Shown here one piece after another: positions 18,311 to 29,000 of a stretch of 33,559 bases of DNA (position 1 is its first letter; every line of letters begins with the position of its first letter). A program made the translations under genes and the position numbers. Source of the stretch: a virus. Lineage: Duplodnaviria; Caudoviricetes. Below the pieces are notes generated by a model. The model worked only from the letters and a program-made list of their open reading frames with translations. It did no database searches and was not told the DNA's origin. The DNA lies in the IMG/VR virus record IMGVR_UViG_3300021962_000362, positions 1 through 33,559 of that record, one strand, 5' to 3'.

Positions 18311-20053
18311 ATGAGCTTACACGCCGCTGCCCAACATTTAGCCGCCAAAGGTCGCGGCGAAGATAAAGTACTAATTCACATGACGCCCGGAGAAGTTCAC
18401 GGGCTTCAAGCTATTGCTAAAGCACATGGTGGGTCATTGACCATTAACCCCGACACGGGATTACCTGAGGCTGGATTCTTGTCAAAGATTCTTCCAATGG
18501 TTGCTGGCGCTGCGCTTGCTGCAACTGGAGTTGGTGCTCCTATGGCTGCTCTCATGGTTGGTGGCGGCACAGGCTTAATGACCGGTGATCTCAAAAAAGG
18601 TCTAATGGCTGGTTTGGGTGCTTATGGTGGTGCTGGATTGGCGGGTGGTTTGGCTGCTGCGGGTACAGCCGCTGGGACTGCTGCTCCTGTTGTTACAGGA
18701 GCCGAGGTTGGAAACGCAGCAGCGGCAATGGCTAATCCAGCAGCTGCAACAGCCGCAACTACTAATGCACCAATCCTAGGCAGTCAAACTTTGGGAGACG
18801 CATATGCTGGGCTAGGGAAGATTGCCGAAAATCCAACTCAAGGTTTGTCTAACTTGTGGCAAGGCATGGGCGATACCACTAAACAGCGTTTAATGACAAC
18901 AGCCGCTCTAGCTTCCCCTCTTCTTGAGCAAGAACCAAAAGAATTTCCAACGCCACAAGGTTCAGGTCCCAATCCATACAGCTACACATATCAGCCTAAT
19001 ATAACCACGCCTTTTCCAACGCCAGATGTTCCCGGCTATGATAGTTTAAACCAAAACTTTGGTAGAGAGCAGCGGTACTATTCGGGGCAGTACGTTCCAA
19101 CCGCCGCTGAAGGCGGCACTGTCAGCTATAAAGATGGCGGTGAATCCGGTGTTGAGCCTTTTGTCAATGTTGGAAAGCATAAGATAAATGATACAGAGAT
19201 ACAGAATCTTATGGCTGGTTTGGGGACTGACGAGGCATCTCTTGGGATAAACCTAAGCAAAATGAAGCAAGGGGAAAAAGAAACCCTTGTGCATGGTCTT
19301 TTGGCTTCTTATCGAAAAGACGGCGCTGGCGTATCTGCAAGTTTAAACAGACCAGATGACGCCCCACAAGGACTTTACTCTGCAAATTTAAATGCGTCTT
19401 ATCCGTTTGGCAGCGGGCGATTTAACCTTGGTGTTGATGCTTTACGAACCCCGGAAGGTATGTCTGATGTCACGGGGTATAGTGCTGGCTATTCCAGCAA
19501 ACTTGGACCGGGGTATTTAAACGCTGGTGTTTATCAACCCAAGTCTGCGCCGCAAGAGAGGCGCTACCAAGCTTCGTACCAGATACCGTTTGCAGATGGC
19601 GGTCCGATTGGTGCTATGAACGCTAACTACCCGCAAGCAGGACTGTCGCAAAGCCAGTACGCGAACGCATGGCAGACCCCCGTACCTCGTGAGATGCTGG
19701 CTTCCGGTACAGACACTGGCGTTAATCCAATGAACGGGCAGATGAGCTTTGCTCAGGGCGGCATCTCTGATCTTGGCGGCTACTCTGATGGTGGACGCCT
19801 ACTGCGTGGCCCCGGTGATGGAGTGTCTGACTCTATCCCTGCAATGATTGGGAATAAACAACCGGCTCGGCTGGCAGATGGTGAGTTTGTGATCCCCGCA
19901 CGTATCGTGTCTGAACTAGGCAACGGTTCTACAGAGTCCGGTGCCCGTAAGTTGTACGCCATGATGGATAGAGTTCAGAAAGCTAGGGGTAAGACAGTCG
20001 GCAAAAGTAAAATAGCTGCCAACTCCCGAGCAGATAAATATCTACCGGCATGA
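18311..20053 (+). CDS. putative ejection (DNA transfer) protein, modular
   Basis: GAGG RBS; follows nozzle and needle genes; Gly/Ala hydrophobic hairpins; xxGG-bounded modules; C-terminal GPGDGVSDSIPA...LADGEFV motif. Confidence 0.7.
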   Translation: MSLHAAAQHLAAKGRGEDKVLIHMTPGEVHGLQAIAKAHGGSLTINPDTGLPEAGFLSKILPMVAGAALAATGVGAPMAALMVGGGTGLMTGDLKKGLMAGLGAYGGAGLAGGLAAAGTAAGTAAPVVTGAEVGNAAAAMANPAAATAATTNAPILGSQTLGDAYAGLGKIAENPTQGLSNLWQGMGDTTKQRLMTTAALASPLLEQEPKEFPTPQGSGPNPYSYTYQPNITTPFPTPDVPGYDSLNQNFGREQRYYSGQYVPTAAEGGTVSYKDGGESGVEPFVNVGKHKINDTEIQNLMAGLGTDEASLGINLSKMKQGEKETLVHGLLASYRKDGAGVSASLNRPDDAPQGLYSANLNASYPFGSGRFNLGVDALRTPEGMSDVTGYSAGYSSKLGPGYLNAGVYQPKSAPQERRYQASYQIPFADGGPIGAMNANYPQAGLSQSQYANAWQTPVPREMLASGTDTGVNPMNGQMSFAQGGISDLGGYSDGGRLLRGPGDGVSDSIPAMIGNKQPARLADGEFVIPARIVSELGNGSTESGARKLYAMMDRVQKARGKTVGKSKIAANSRADKYLPA

Positions 20054-20511
20054 GCTATACCATTACATTAGAGAAGTTCACCGATACATACAGGGAGCTA
20101 GAACCCCTGTATCGACAGCACTATCTTGAAATGGTTGAGAGACTTAGTGGGCAAGGGTTTGAGTACTCTCCATATAACCCAAGGCTCCATGAGTATGGAA
20201 ATGCTTGTGAACGGGGTGATTTACTTACATTTGTGCTTCGGTTTGATGGGCAAGTATGTGGCTATGGCAATGTATACATAACCAACGACATGCACAACCA
20301 AGACCTTATCGCAACAGAAGATACAGTTTTCGTTTTAAAAGAGCATCGTAACGGTATTGGCAAAAAACTTGTACGGGCTGTTTTAGACGAACTCAAACGC
20401 CGCAAAGTTAAGCGGCTGCTTGTTTCTGCAATGACTGATCTGCGTGTAGCAAAACTCTGGAACCGTATGGGTTTCAAAGAAGCAGCAACGCAGATGATAT
20501 ATACTTTTTGA
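20050..20511 (+). CDS. GNAT-family acyltransferase
   Basis: VFVLKEHRNGIGKKLV acyl-CoA binding motif A; LWNRMGF motif B. Confidence 0.9.
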   Translation: MSYTITLEKFTDTYRELEPLYRQHYLEMVERLSGQGFEYSPYNPRLHEYGNACERGDLLTFVLRFDGQVCGYGNVYITNDMHNQDLIATEDTVFVLKEHRNGIGKKLVRAVLDELKRRKVKRLLVSAMTDLRVAKLWNRMGFKEAATQMIYTF

Positions 20512-20520
20512 GGTGCATTT

Positions 20521-23082
20521 ATGTGCGGACCAGCAGCTCCTTCTCCACAACAGCAACAAACGCAAATAACGGACTTGCCCGAATGGGCGAAGCCGTCAGC
20601 ACAAAAAGTTTTAGCTAAAGGTGAAGCTCTAACAGCACAACCTTATCAAACCTACGATGCAAACCGTATCGCTGGGTTTTCTCCTCTCCAGCAGCAAGCA
20701 TTTCAGGGTGCACAGCAACTTGGTCCGACCCAGCAAACAGCTATGGGTTCTGGTCTTGCCGCAGCATCTGGACTTGGTGCGCTAGGTACTGGATACCAAG
20801 CAGGGCGTTTCTCTGGCGGTCAGTTTACACCTATGGCTGCTGGGCAGTACATGTCCCCGTTTATCGAGCAGGCTATGGCTCCGCAGTTGCGTGAGGCTCA
20901 ACGCTCCTCCGACATTATGGGTCAACAAAATGCTGCCAAAGCCGCCCAGATGGGTGCGTTCGGTGGTTCCCGTCAAGGGCTAATGGAGGCAGAGCGCCAG
21001 CGTAATCTAGGCATGCAGCTTGGCGATATTCGCGGCAGGGGGTATCAAACCGCCTATGAACAAGCCGCCGGTCAGTTCAATCAGGATATGGCGCGGCGTA
21101 TGCAGGCTCAACAGCTTGGCGAACAGTCTCGTCAGTTCGGTGCTAATCTAGGACTTCAAGGACTACAGACGGGTCTACAGGCGGCGGGTCAACTTGGCGC
21201 GTTGGGTCAACAACAGTTCGCCCAACAGCAAGGAGCGATACAAGCTCAATCCGCAGCGGGCGCACAGCAGCAAGCACTGGAGCAACAGGGTTTAACACAA
21301 GCCTATCAGGACTTCCTCAACCAGCAGAACTACCCGTATAAACAGCTTGGGTTCATGTCTGACTTGATCCGTGGCTTGCCTCTGGGTCAACAATCTACTA
21401 CCTCTATATATCAGGCTCCGCCAAGTGCGTTGCAAACCGCAGGTGCGCTCGGCTTGGGTGCTTATGGTTTGAGCAAGATGATGGCTAACGGGGGTCTGGT
21501 TGGATATGCAGATGGTGGTAGTGTTGAGGCTCCCGAAAATGTTGCCAATATTGTCAGCAAACTGAGCGATCAGCAATTGATTGCAGCGGAAGCCGCTGCT
21601 AAAGCACGAGGAGACTTTGAGCAGCTTCAGGCTATCATGGTTGAGAAAGGCGTGCGTGCTTCAGAGCGTAAAGGCATGGCAAGCATATACAACCGCCTCC
21701 CCCCAGAACAACAAGCAGCTATGGCGGGTGGAGGTATTGTTGCTTTTGCCGACAATAGAAATCAGCCAATAAGAGAAGATATGCCGGGTGAAGAGGAGTC
21801 AATTACTTCTACATATGGCGTAGGGAAAGCAAAAGGACTTTTTGAAAGGCTAAGTGATTATGGGGCGGCAAGAGAGGCTGAAATAAGTAATCCAGAATTT
21901 GGACGCAAGAAGACAGCCGATAAAAAACAAGAAACTGAAGCACCTGTATCGCCTACGTTTTTAGACTCGGATGCCGCAGAAGCTGCTGATCGCATGACTG
22001 GACGTTCGTCTAATATTGTCTCCTCACCAGCAGCCGCAAGGACACCTAGCGCAAGACCAGCAGAGCCTCAGTGGATTCAGGGTCCGGGCGGAATGATGGT
22101 TTTATCTTCCGACCTAAAGAGTGGTCAACCACAAAGCGCCCAAGCAACCTCTGGTCTTCCCGATGTTAGTGACCTATATAAACAAATAGGTACAGAACTT
22201 GAGGCTATTCGTGGGCAGCAATACCCGGCTGCTACTGATATGGCTAAGGCTATACCCGAAGGAATGAAGCAACGCAGAGCAATTCTTGGAGAAAATCCTG
22301 CTTACGAAATGATTCGTCAAGGATTGGCTGGTCAAGAAAGAGATCGACTAGCAAGTCTTAAACAAGGTCAAGGTCTGGCTGCTCTTGCTGCTATGGGTGA
22401 TATATTGGACCCCGGTGGCTTTGTGCGTGGTCTTGGCAAAGCCGGTAAAACAATTTCCAAGGAATACGGCGCTGTCCTTCAAGCCGATAAAGCGGCTAAA
22501 GAAGCAATGCGGCAATCTGAGATCAAACTTGCTGATGCTCAGTACAAAGACCGTGTTGGCGACTACGAAGGCGCAAAACAGGACATCAAGGAAGCAGAAG
22601 AATATAAGCTGAAAGCACTCAATTTTGAGGCTAATAAACGTAGAGGAGTTGCATCTCTTATTGGCGAACAAGCTAAGATTCTCCAAAATCAAGAGGCAAA
22701 TCAGATACGTAGAGAACAAGTTGCCGCAACACGTAATGCCGCCAATGCGCCAACAGCCATTCAGAAGCTTGCAAGTGACCTGCAACGCGCCAATCCATCC
22801 CTTTCGAGGGAAGATGCTTTGCAGAAGGCGTCCTATCTTTCTGGGTATGGCTATAAAACAGAAGCGGCCCAAAACGCCAGACTTGCCACCGCAATTCAAA
22901 AGATTGAGTCAGAATACGGTGCATTGAAGTTTATGGACCCGAATTCAAAACTTGCCCAAAATATGATTGCCGAAAGAGATCGAAGGATACTTGCAGCAAG
23001 ACAAGAGTTTGCCAGAGAAACTGGCGGGTCCGGTGGTGATGGTGGAGGATGGAGTGTGAAAGAAAAAACCGGAGCTAAATAA
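20521..23082 (+). CDS. putative ejection (DNA transfer) protein, Gln/Gly/Ala-rich helical
   Basis: GAGGTG RBS; T.LPEW..P...Y..Y...RIAGF, YMSP, GAFGGSRQ motifs; long coiled coils. Confidence 0.75.
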   Translation: MCGPAAPSPQQQQTQITDLPEWAKPSAQKVLAKGEALTAQPYQTYDANRIAGFSPLQQQAFQGAQQLGPTQQTAMGSGLAAASGLGALGTGYQAGRFSGGQFTPMAAGQYMSPFIEQAMAPQLREAQRSSDIMGQQNAAKAAQMGAFGGSRQGLMEAERQRNLGMQLGDIRGRGYQTAYEQAAGQFNQDMARRMQAQQLGEQSRQFGANLGLQGLQTGLQAAGQLGALGQQQFAQQQGAIQAQSAAGAQQQALEQQGLTQAYQDFLNQQNYPYKQLGFMSDLIRGLPLGQQSTTSIYQAPPSALQTAGALGLGAYGLSKMMANGGLVGYADGGSVEAPENVANIVSKLSDQQLIAAEAAAKARGDFEQLQAIMVEKGVRASERKGMASIYNRLPPEQQAAMAGGGIVAFADNRNQPIREDMPGEEESITSTYGVGKAKGLFERLSDYGAAREAEISNPEFGRKKTADKKQETEAPVSPTFLDSDAAEAADRMTGRSSNIVSSPAAARTPSARPAEPQWIQGPGGMMVLSSDLKSGQPQSAQATSGLPDVSDLYKQIGTELEAIRGQQYPAATDMAKAIPEGMKQRRAILGENPAYEMIRQGLAGQERDRLASLKQGQGLAALAAMGDILDPGGFVRGLGKAGKTISKEYGAVLQADKAAKEAMRQSEIKLADAQYKDRVGDYEGAKQDIKEAEEYKLKALNFEANKRRGVASLIGEQAKILQNQEANQIRREQVAATRNAANAPTAIQKLASDLQRANPSLSREDALQKASYLSGYGYKTEAAQNARLATAIQKIESEYGALKFMDPNSKLAQNMIAERDRRILAARQEFARETGGSGGDGGGWSVKEKTGAK

Positions 23083-26000
23083 TGCCAGTCTTTGAAGTTA
23101 CTGCGCCAGATGGACGTATCTACGAAGTCAATGGTCCAGAAGGATCGACTGCCGAGCAGGCAATCGAATATGCTCAAAAATATCTTGCCCAAAAGACCTC
23201 AGCGTTTAAACCATCCACGCCCAACTTCTCCCGGATGACCACTGCGGAGTTAGAGGCAATGCCCTCTGCTCCGTCATCTTTGTCCGATATAGCCAAGTCT
23301 ATGGGGATTGGCGTTGTCGGGGCTGGTAAAGCTCTTACCGATGTCTTTGGCGCTGGTAGTGATCTGTCTCAATACCTTGGAGAAACTGCCGAGTCCCTGC
23401 AAAAAGGTTTATCTCCCGCCCGTCAGGCTGAAATTGCCAAGCGGCAGGAGATGGTTAAACGGGCAGAAGCATCAGGCAATGTGTTTAAAGAGATTGGAAC
23501 ACAGCTTGGCGGTGTATTTGAAGCTCCACTACAGTCTGCTTCCCAAGCCGTTGGCTCGTCTGTGCCATCAATCGCTGCCGCCGTTGCAACCATTCCTTTA
23601 GGCGCACCCGCAGCCCTAGCCACAGGCGTTGGCGTCATATCCCGTGCAGCCCTTGGAGCAGCCCAAGGCGTTGGTGAATATAAAGGCTCTGTCTTTGACG
23701 CAGTTAAACAGGCATACAAAGACAAGGGCTACAACGACAAGCAGGCTGAAGAGCTTGCCATCCGGGCGCAGGAATACTCCCAAAACAAGGCTCTTGAGTT
23801 GGGCGGTTCTGCCCTTCTGGGCGCATTAGATTCCCTGACCGGTATGGAGAGCGGCGTTAAGAAAGCTCTCAAGAAGGCTGGCAAAGACAAGATCACCAAA
23901 GAGGCTATGGACGAGGCAATCGGGGCATTGCCGGAGAAAGCTATAGCCAAGCCCGGACTGCTCAAATCTGCCGCCATATCAGCCGCAGGAGAGGCTCCAG
24001 TCGAGGGCGCTCAGGGTGGATTCGGACAATACGCAGAGAACCTAGCCCTGATCAGGGAAGGGCTTATGGACCCTGAGCAGGCGATGAAGGGTGTCTACGG
24101 TGCAGCAGCAAGAGATGCAGCCGTTGGTGCTTTGGCGGGTACAGCGTTTACACCGTTTACACAATCAGCCCGCCGCAGCGACTACCTCCTTGACCAAGCC
24201 GTAAGACAAGAGAAAGCCAGTCGGGAAGAAGAACAGTTCCAGAAAGATATTAGTTTAAATGAGCAAGAGCTACCGCTGGGGTACCAGATGCAGCGGGAAG
24301 AGCTTGGGTTGGCAACTGTCCCATCTGGCTACAACATCGTGGCAGCGGGGCAGGACACCCCATTAGCCACCTATGCCACCGAGGACGAGGCTCAGTCCAA
24401 GATTGAGCTGATGCAGCAGATGCGGGGAGAGGAGTCAGCCTCTTTACTCGCAGAGATTGAGAAGAACGGCGCTGATCTCAAGAAGGATCAGGACCGTCTG
24501 ATCTACCTAGAAGCTACAGGACAGGGGAAGTCTCCCGAGGCGCAGACCCTCAGAGAGAACATTCCGGTCAAACAAAGCCAAGTGGATGACCTGTCGGGCG
24601 GTATTTATCAGCGAGTTAGCGATCTACAGGCTCCAATCAGCGTTGTCCCCGGCGCACCAACGGAGGTAATGCAAGAGCAGTTCCACATTACTGCACCCGA
24701 CGCAACCCGCTTCGGAACGTTTAAAACGGTACAAGAAGCACGCAGCGCCTTGCAGCAGCAGATTGGAGAAGAGCCGTTTAAACAGATGCAATCCCGCAAG
24801 GTTGCAGATGCTTTTATCAAAACCAAGCTTCTTCCTCAGCTTCAAAAGTTTGGTCTTGGTAATGTTGGCTTGCAGATCGAGCAGGATATGGAAGCCGGTG
24901 GCTCCTACTCAAGCAGCCTGATCAAGCTTGCAATGGACCACGATAATCCATTGAGCTACATGCCAACCATGCGGCATGAGGCAATGCATGCCCTCAAGAA
25001 TCTTGGATTCTTCTCCCCTCAACAAATGAAAGCGCTGGAGCAGAAGGCTGAGAAAGAGTGGGTTGATACCTACCTGAAGGGTCAGAACGCAACGTATGAG
25101 GGACAGACAATGTCCCGGTACGATGCTTATATCCAAATCTTTACCAAGGAAGCGCAGGAAAAGGGCTTATCTGGCAAGGACTTAGACAACTATGTTAAAG
25201 AAAGTATTTTAGAAGAAGCCATTGCGGATGCGTTTGGCTCATATGAGAAAGGTGCCACACCCCCCCCGGGAATGATTGCTGCGCTGTACAAGAAGATCAA
25301 GAACTTCTTTGCCAACTTTAAACAGGCAATGCAGGGCGCTGGCTTTGAGTCAGCCGATGACATCTTCCAAAGCATTGAGCGTGGTCAGCTTAAACCCACC
25401 AAAGCAGCGGCTGCGGAAGAGAAGCTAAGTCTTAAATCTCCAGAAACACCTGAGTTTAAACAATGGTTTGGCGATAGTAAGGTTGTGGATGAAGATGGTA
25501 AACCGCTAGTTGTTTATCACGGTACAAATAAAAAGTTCACCGTTTTTGAGGGCGATACTGGCTATTACACAACCAAAAATATTGAGGATGCCGAAGGGTA
25601 CTCAATGCAGCGTCACCGCAAATTTAAATTGCTTGGCGAACAAGGCAGAAAAGATGATCTGTTTGACAAAATTGGAGAAGCAATTACTAAAGCCAAATCC
25701 AGAGTAATGCCAGTTTATGTCAAAATGGACAATCCTTTATATATTAAAAAAGGACAAGTTGGTGTACATGTTAAATTAACACCCGAAGATATCAAAGAAT
25801 TCAAATCTCAAGGATATGACGGGATTATTTACAACGACGGCGAAGAGATAGTGGCGTTTGATGCTAATCAAATCAAGTCCGCTACCGGAAACATTGGCAC
25901 ATACAGCAAAGAATCTCCTGATATTAGGTACAGCCTACCGCCGGGTTCGGATGTTGGGCATAAGAGAGAAATTTCATCTGGTAGATATGTTGGCGCACCC

Positions 26001-29000
26001 GACTGGGTTGGTAGTTCACCGCAACAACTAAGTAACCTTCGCAAGAAACTGTCCCGTCTTGCTAAAGAAGGTGAAAACGGAAGATACTGGTATGAAAATT
26101 CCAGCAAAGCAATTCTTGACATGGTTGGCGGCGACAAGAAGGAAGCTGAAAAAATAGTTGGTCTGATTGCAATTTATTCTCCAAATGCAACAGTTCCAGC
26201 AAATACTTCAATGGCTTTAAACGCCTATTACCAGTATAAAACCGGACAACCAATTAATGCTGGATTCACAGATGCAGACACAAAAGCAGAAGACCTTCTG
26301 CGTCATGGCAAAGAATGGAGTGGTATAAAAACCAATTCTTTCTACCAAAATCTGATGGTTGGAATTGATCCTAGCAAGCTAGACCCGGGCGTTGCCACGA
26401 TGGACATGTGGATGGCTTTGGCTTTTGATTACGGCATGAAGACCTTGGATCAAGGTCCGAAATATAAATTCGCAGAGCGTGAAATACAACGTCTTGCGAA
26501 AGAGCTTGGATGGGATGCCCATCAAGTGCAGGCTGCAATATGGACAGCCATGAAGGGTCGCATTGAACCAATCAGGGATGCTCTGAAAGCCAAGGAGTTG
26601 GAGATCGGCATTGGCGAGATGTATTCCAAGGATGGCAAGCAGCTATACCGTGTTAAGCCAAGTCGCCGTTATGATCATTTCCGTTTGGCTCATCAAATGG
26701 GTATGGATTACAACCTGCGTCCAGATGATATAGACCAAGCTAAATATGACTTCTCTAATGCGATAAATGATCGTTCTGCACAGATGTCTTGGGAAGCAAC
26801 ACCCGGCAAGTCCACTGGAATTCTTCCCGGATTGCATAATGCATCTACACCAAGAAAGTTTGAATATCTTGAAGCAATTTCTGACGCGCTGAAAAATAAA
26901 AACGGTGGTGACAAGATTGCCGAAAAGATTGGAATGCCTTCTGGTAAAACAATATTTGGTTTTTCAGCATGGCAAGGTGACATAGGTGCTGGCGCTCAAA
27001 CTTTCATGGGCGTTGCGTTGCAAGGACAAAAAGACAAAAGAGACCTTTCGCCTGAAGCTAGAAACCTCATTAATCTGTACAGCGCTATTAAAGGTTATGC
27101 ACTCTCTCAAGAGTCTGTTGTCTGGCATGTCCCATCTTATGACGGTGCTATCAAAAATCAAAATGGTATTCAGGGAAACTTTAATCGTTCCCTAACAGAA
27201 GAAGAGATGGAGACCTTGTACACCGGTCTTCATGAGAAGTTTGGCACATGGGATATTGCACCCGGTTACATCCCAGACGGTTTCCGCCTATTAAACTTTA
27301 CCGACATTTCTAACAAAGAATTCCACAAGGGTGTCGAATCGGTTCTTTCAAAGTTGCCAAGTGATTTTGGCGGCGGTATGTTAAACTTTGTTGCTTATCG
27401 TTCTATTGGAGATTACATAGGTAACGATTGGAAAACTTCACCAAGAGGAGAGGATTATGAGTCAATCATTAAAAGTACCGCCGCTAAGGTCGGCATCAAA
27501 GACCCATCCGATTTATTCAAGTGGGCCACAAATCTTCGTTCCGATATCGAAGCCGTCAACCAAAGTTTCTCGGAAAAGTACAAGTGGGGAAGCCCTTCAA
27601 TCAAGCTATCCCTCCGATCTGACGAACTTAGACAAAGACCCAGCCCAAGAGGCGGGGTGGTACTCGGAGAAAAACAGCAAGGGGCGGTAAGCTACACAGC
27701 TGCCCATTACGGCAACGCCCGGGTTGATGAACTTGATGCCTCCAAATATGGCACCGGGTTACGTGGCGCAGAACGCCGCAGATTGGCTGACTCAGTAGAC
27801 CCAAGAATCAGGAAACGCGCCTACTTCTACATTCAGAAGGAAGACGGAACAACACCCACCCCCGAGGCTGGTGTTGGGCAATACGTTTACACCCAACAGT
27901 TTGACAACATACTTCCGCCCGGTCCGGAAATGAGCCAACTGTTTAAAGATGCACAGGGTGACTCAAACCAATTTGAAAGCAACGTCATAGACGCAGGGTA
28001 TGACGGATACGCATCGCCCAGCATGGGGATGCTGGTCATCCTGAACCACAATGTTCCTGTCAACTATGTGGGACCCCGGGCAGAGGTCGGTGTTCAGAAA
28101 CTAAGCCTAAAAGCCCCAACAACACCAGAGTTTAAACGCTGGTTTGGCGATAGCAAGGTTGTTGAGCCATTTGATCCTGCGCTGAAGCGTGAGGGTATGG
28201 AGTATGAGGGAAGGTTATTCGGCGGTGGTTATTCTGGAGACAGACTAAAAACGGCGGCAAAAGATGCACCAATTAGAAAAATGATAGCTCAAGCTCGTAT
28301 ACGTTATAACAACATAAGAGAAGAGCTTGGATTGCCGGAAGTGACAGATTGGACTACCAAACCAGATTATCTAGTTCAGCGATTTAATGGTAAGCCGATG
28401 GTCATGTATCACGGTACATTCCAAGGGACAGATGAAGGTGGGATGACTATTCCAAAAACTCGCGGTAATCGGAATGCCTTCTTTGTTAGCCCAGATGCAG
28501 ACTTTGCATCCAAGTATGCGTTAAATGATTTGGATTGGTACCCGGAGAAAGGCTTTGGCAAAGTGCCAGAGGGCGCTCATGTGTACCCCGTCTACATCAG
28601 CGCAAAGAACCCGTTTGACTACGAGAACGATAGTCACACGTTAAAAATCATTCCTCAATTTAGAAAAATTCTGAGAGAGGAAGAGAGGCACAATAAGAAT
28701 CAAATTGAAAAATTGATCGATGATTTCAGAAGTGGAGATTGGAGTGCGATTGAATGGGCCAACAATTACGATCTATTTGAGAAGAATGGATTTGACGCCT
28801 TCTACACCAAAGAACAAGGACGGAAAAATCTTGGCGTGTTTAGACCGCAACAGATCAAGTCAGCGACAGGCAACCTTGGAACATACAACAAAGAATCTCC
28901 AGACATCCGATACAGCCTAAAGAATGTTGGGTTTCCATCCGTCAAAGCAGCCAAAGAAGCTGTCGCCAAGACCTCAGTTCCTGAGACAAGCGCGTTTAAA

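Noticed and set aside
20521-23082. Calling the 853-aa protein a tape measure protein
   Set aside because: No tail tube, sheath or tail chaperone genes were recognised, and the nozzle-needle-GNAT context fits podophage ejection proteins better
25260-25270. C8 homopolymer as a phase-variation or frameshift site
   Set aside because: It encodes an in-frame Pro-Pro-Pro-Gly linker and the ORF is intact; no evidence without read data
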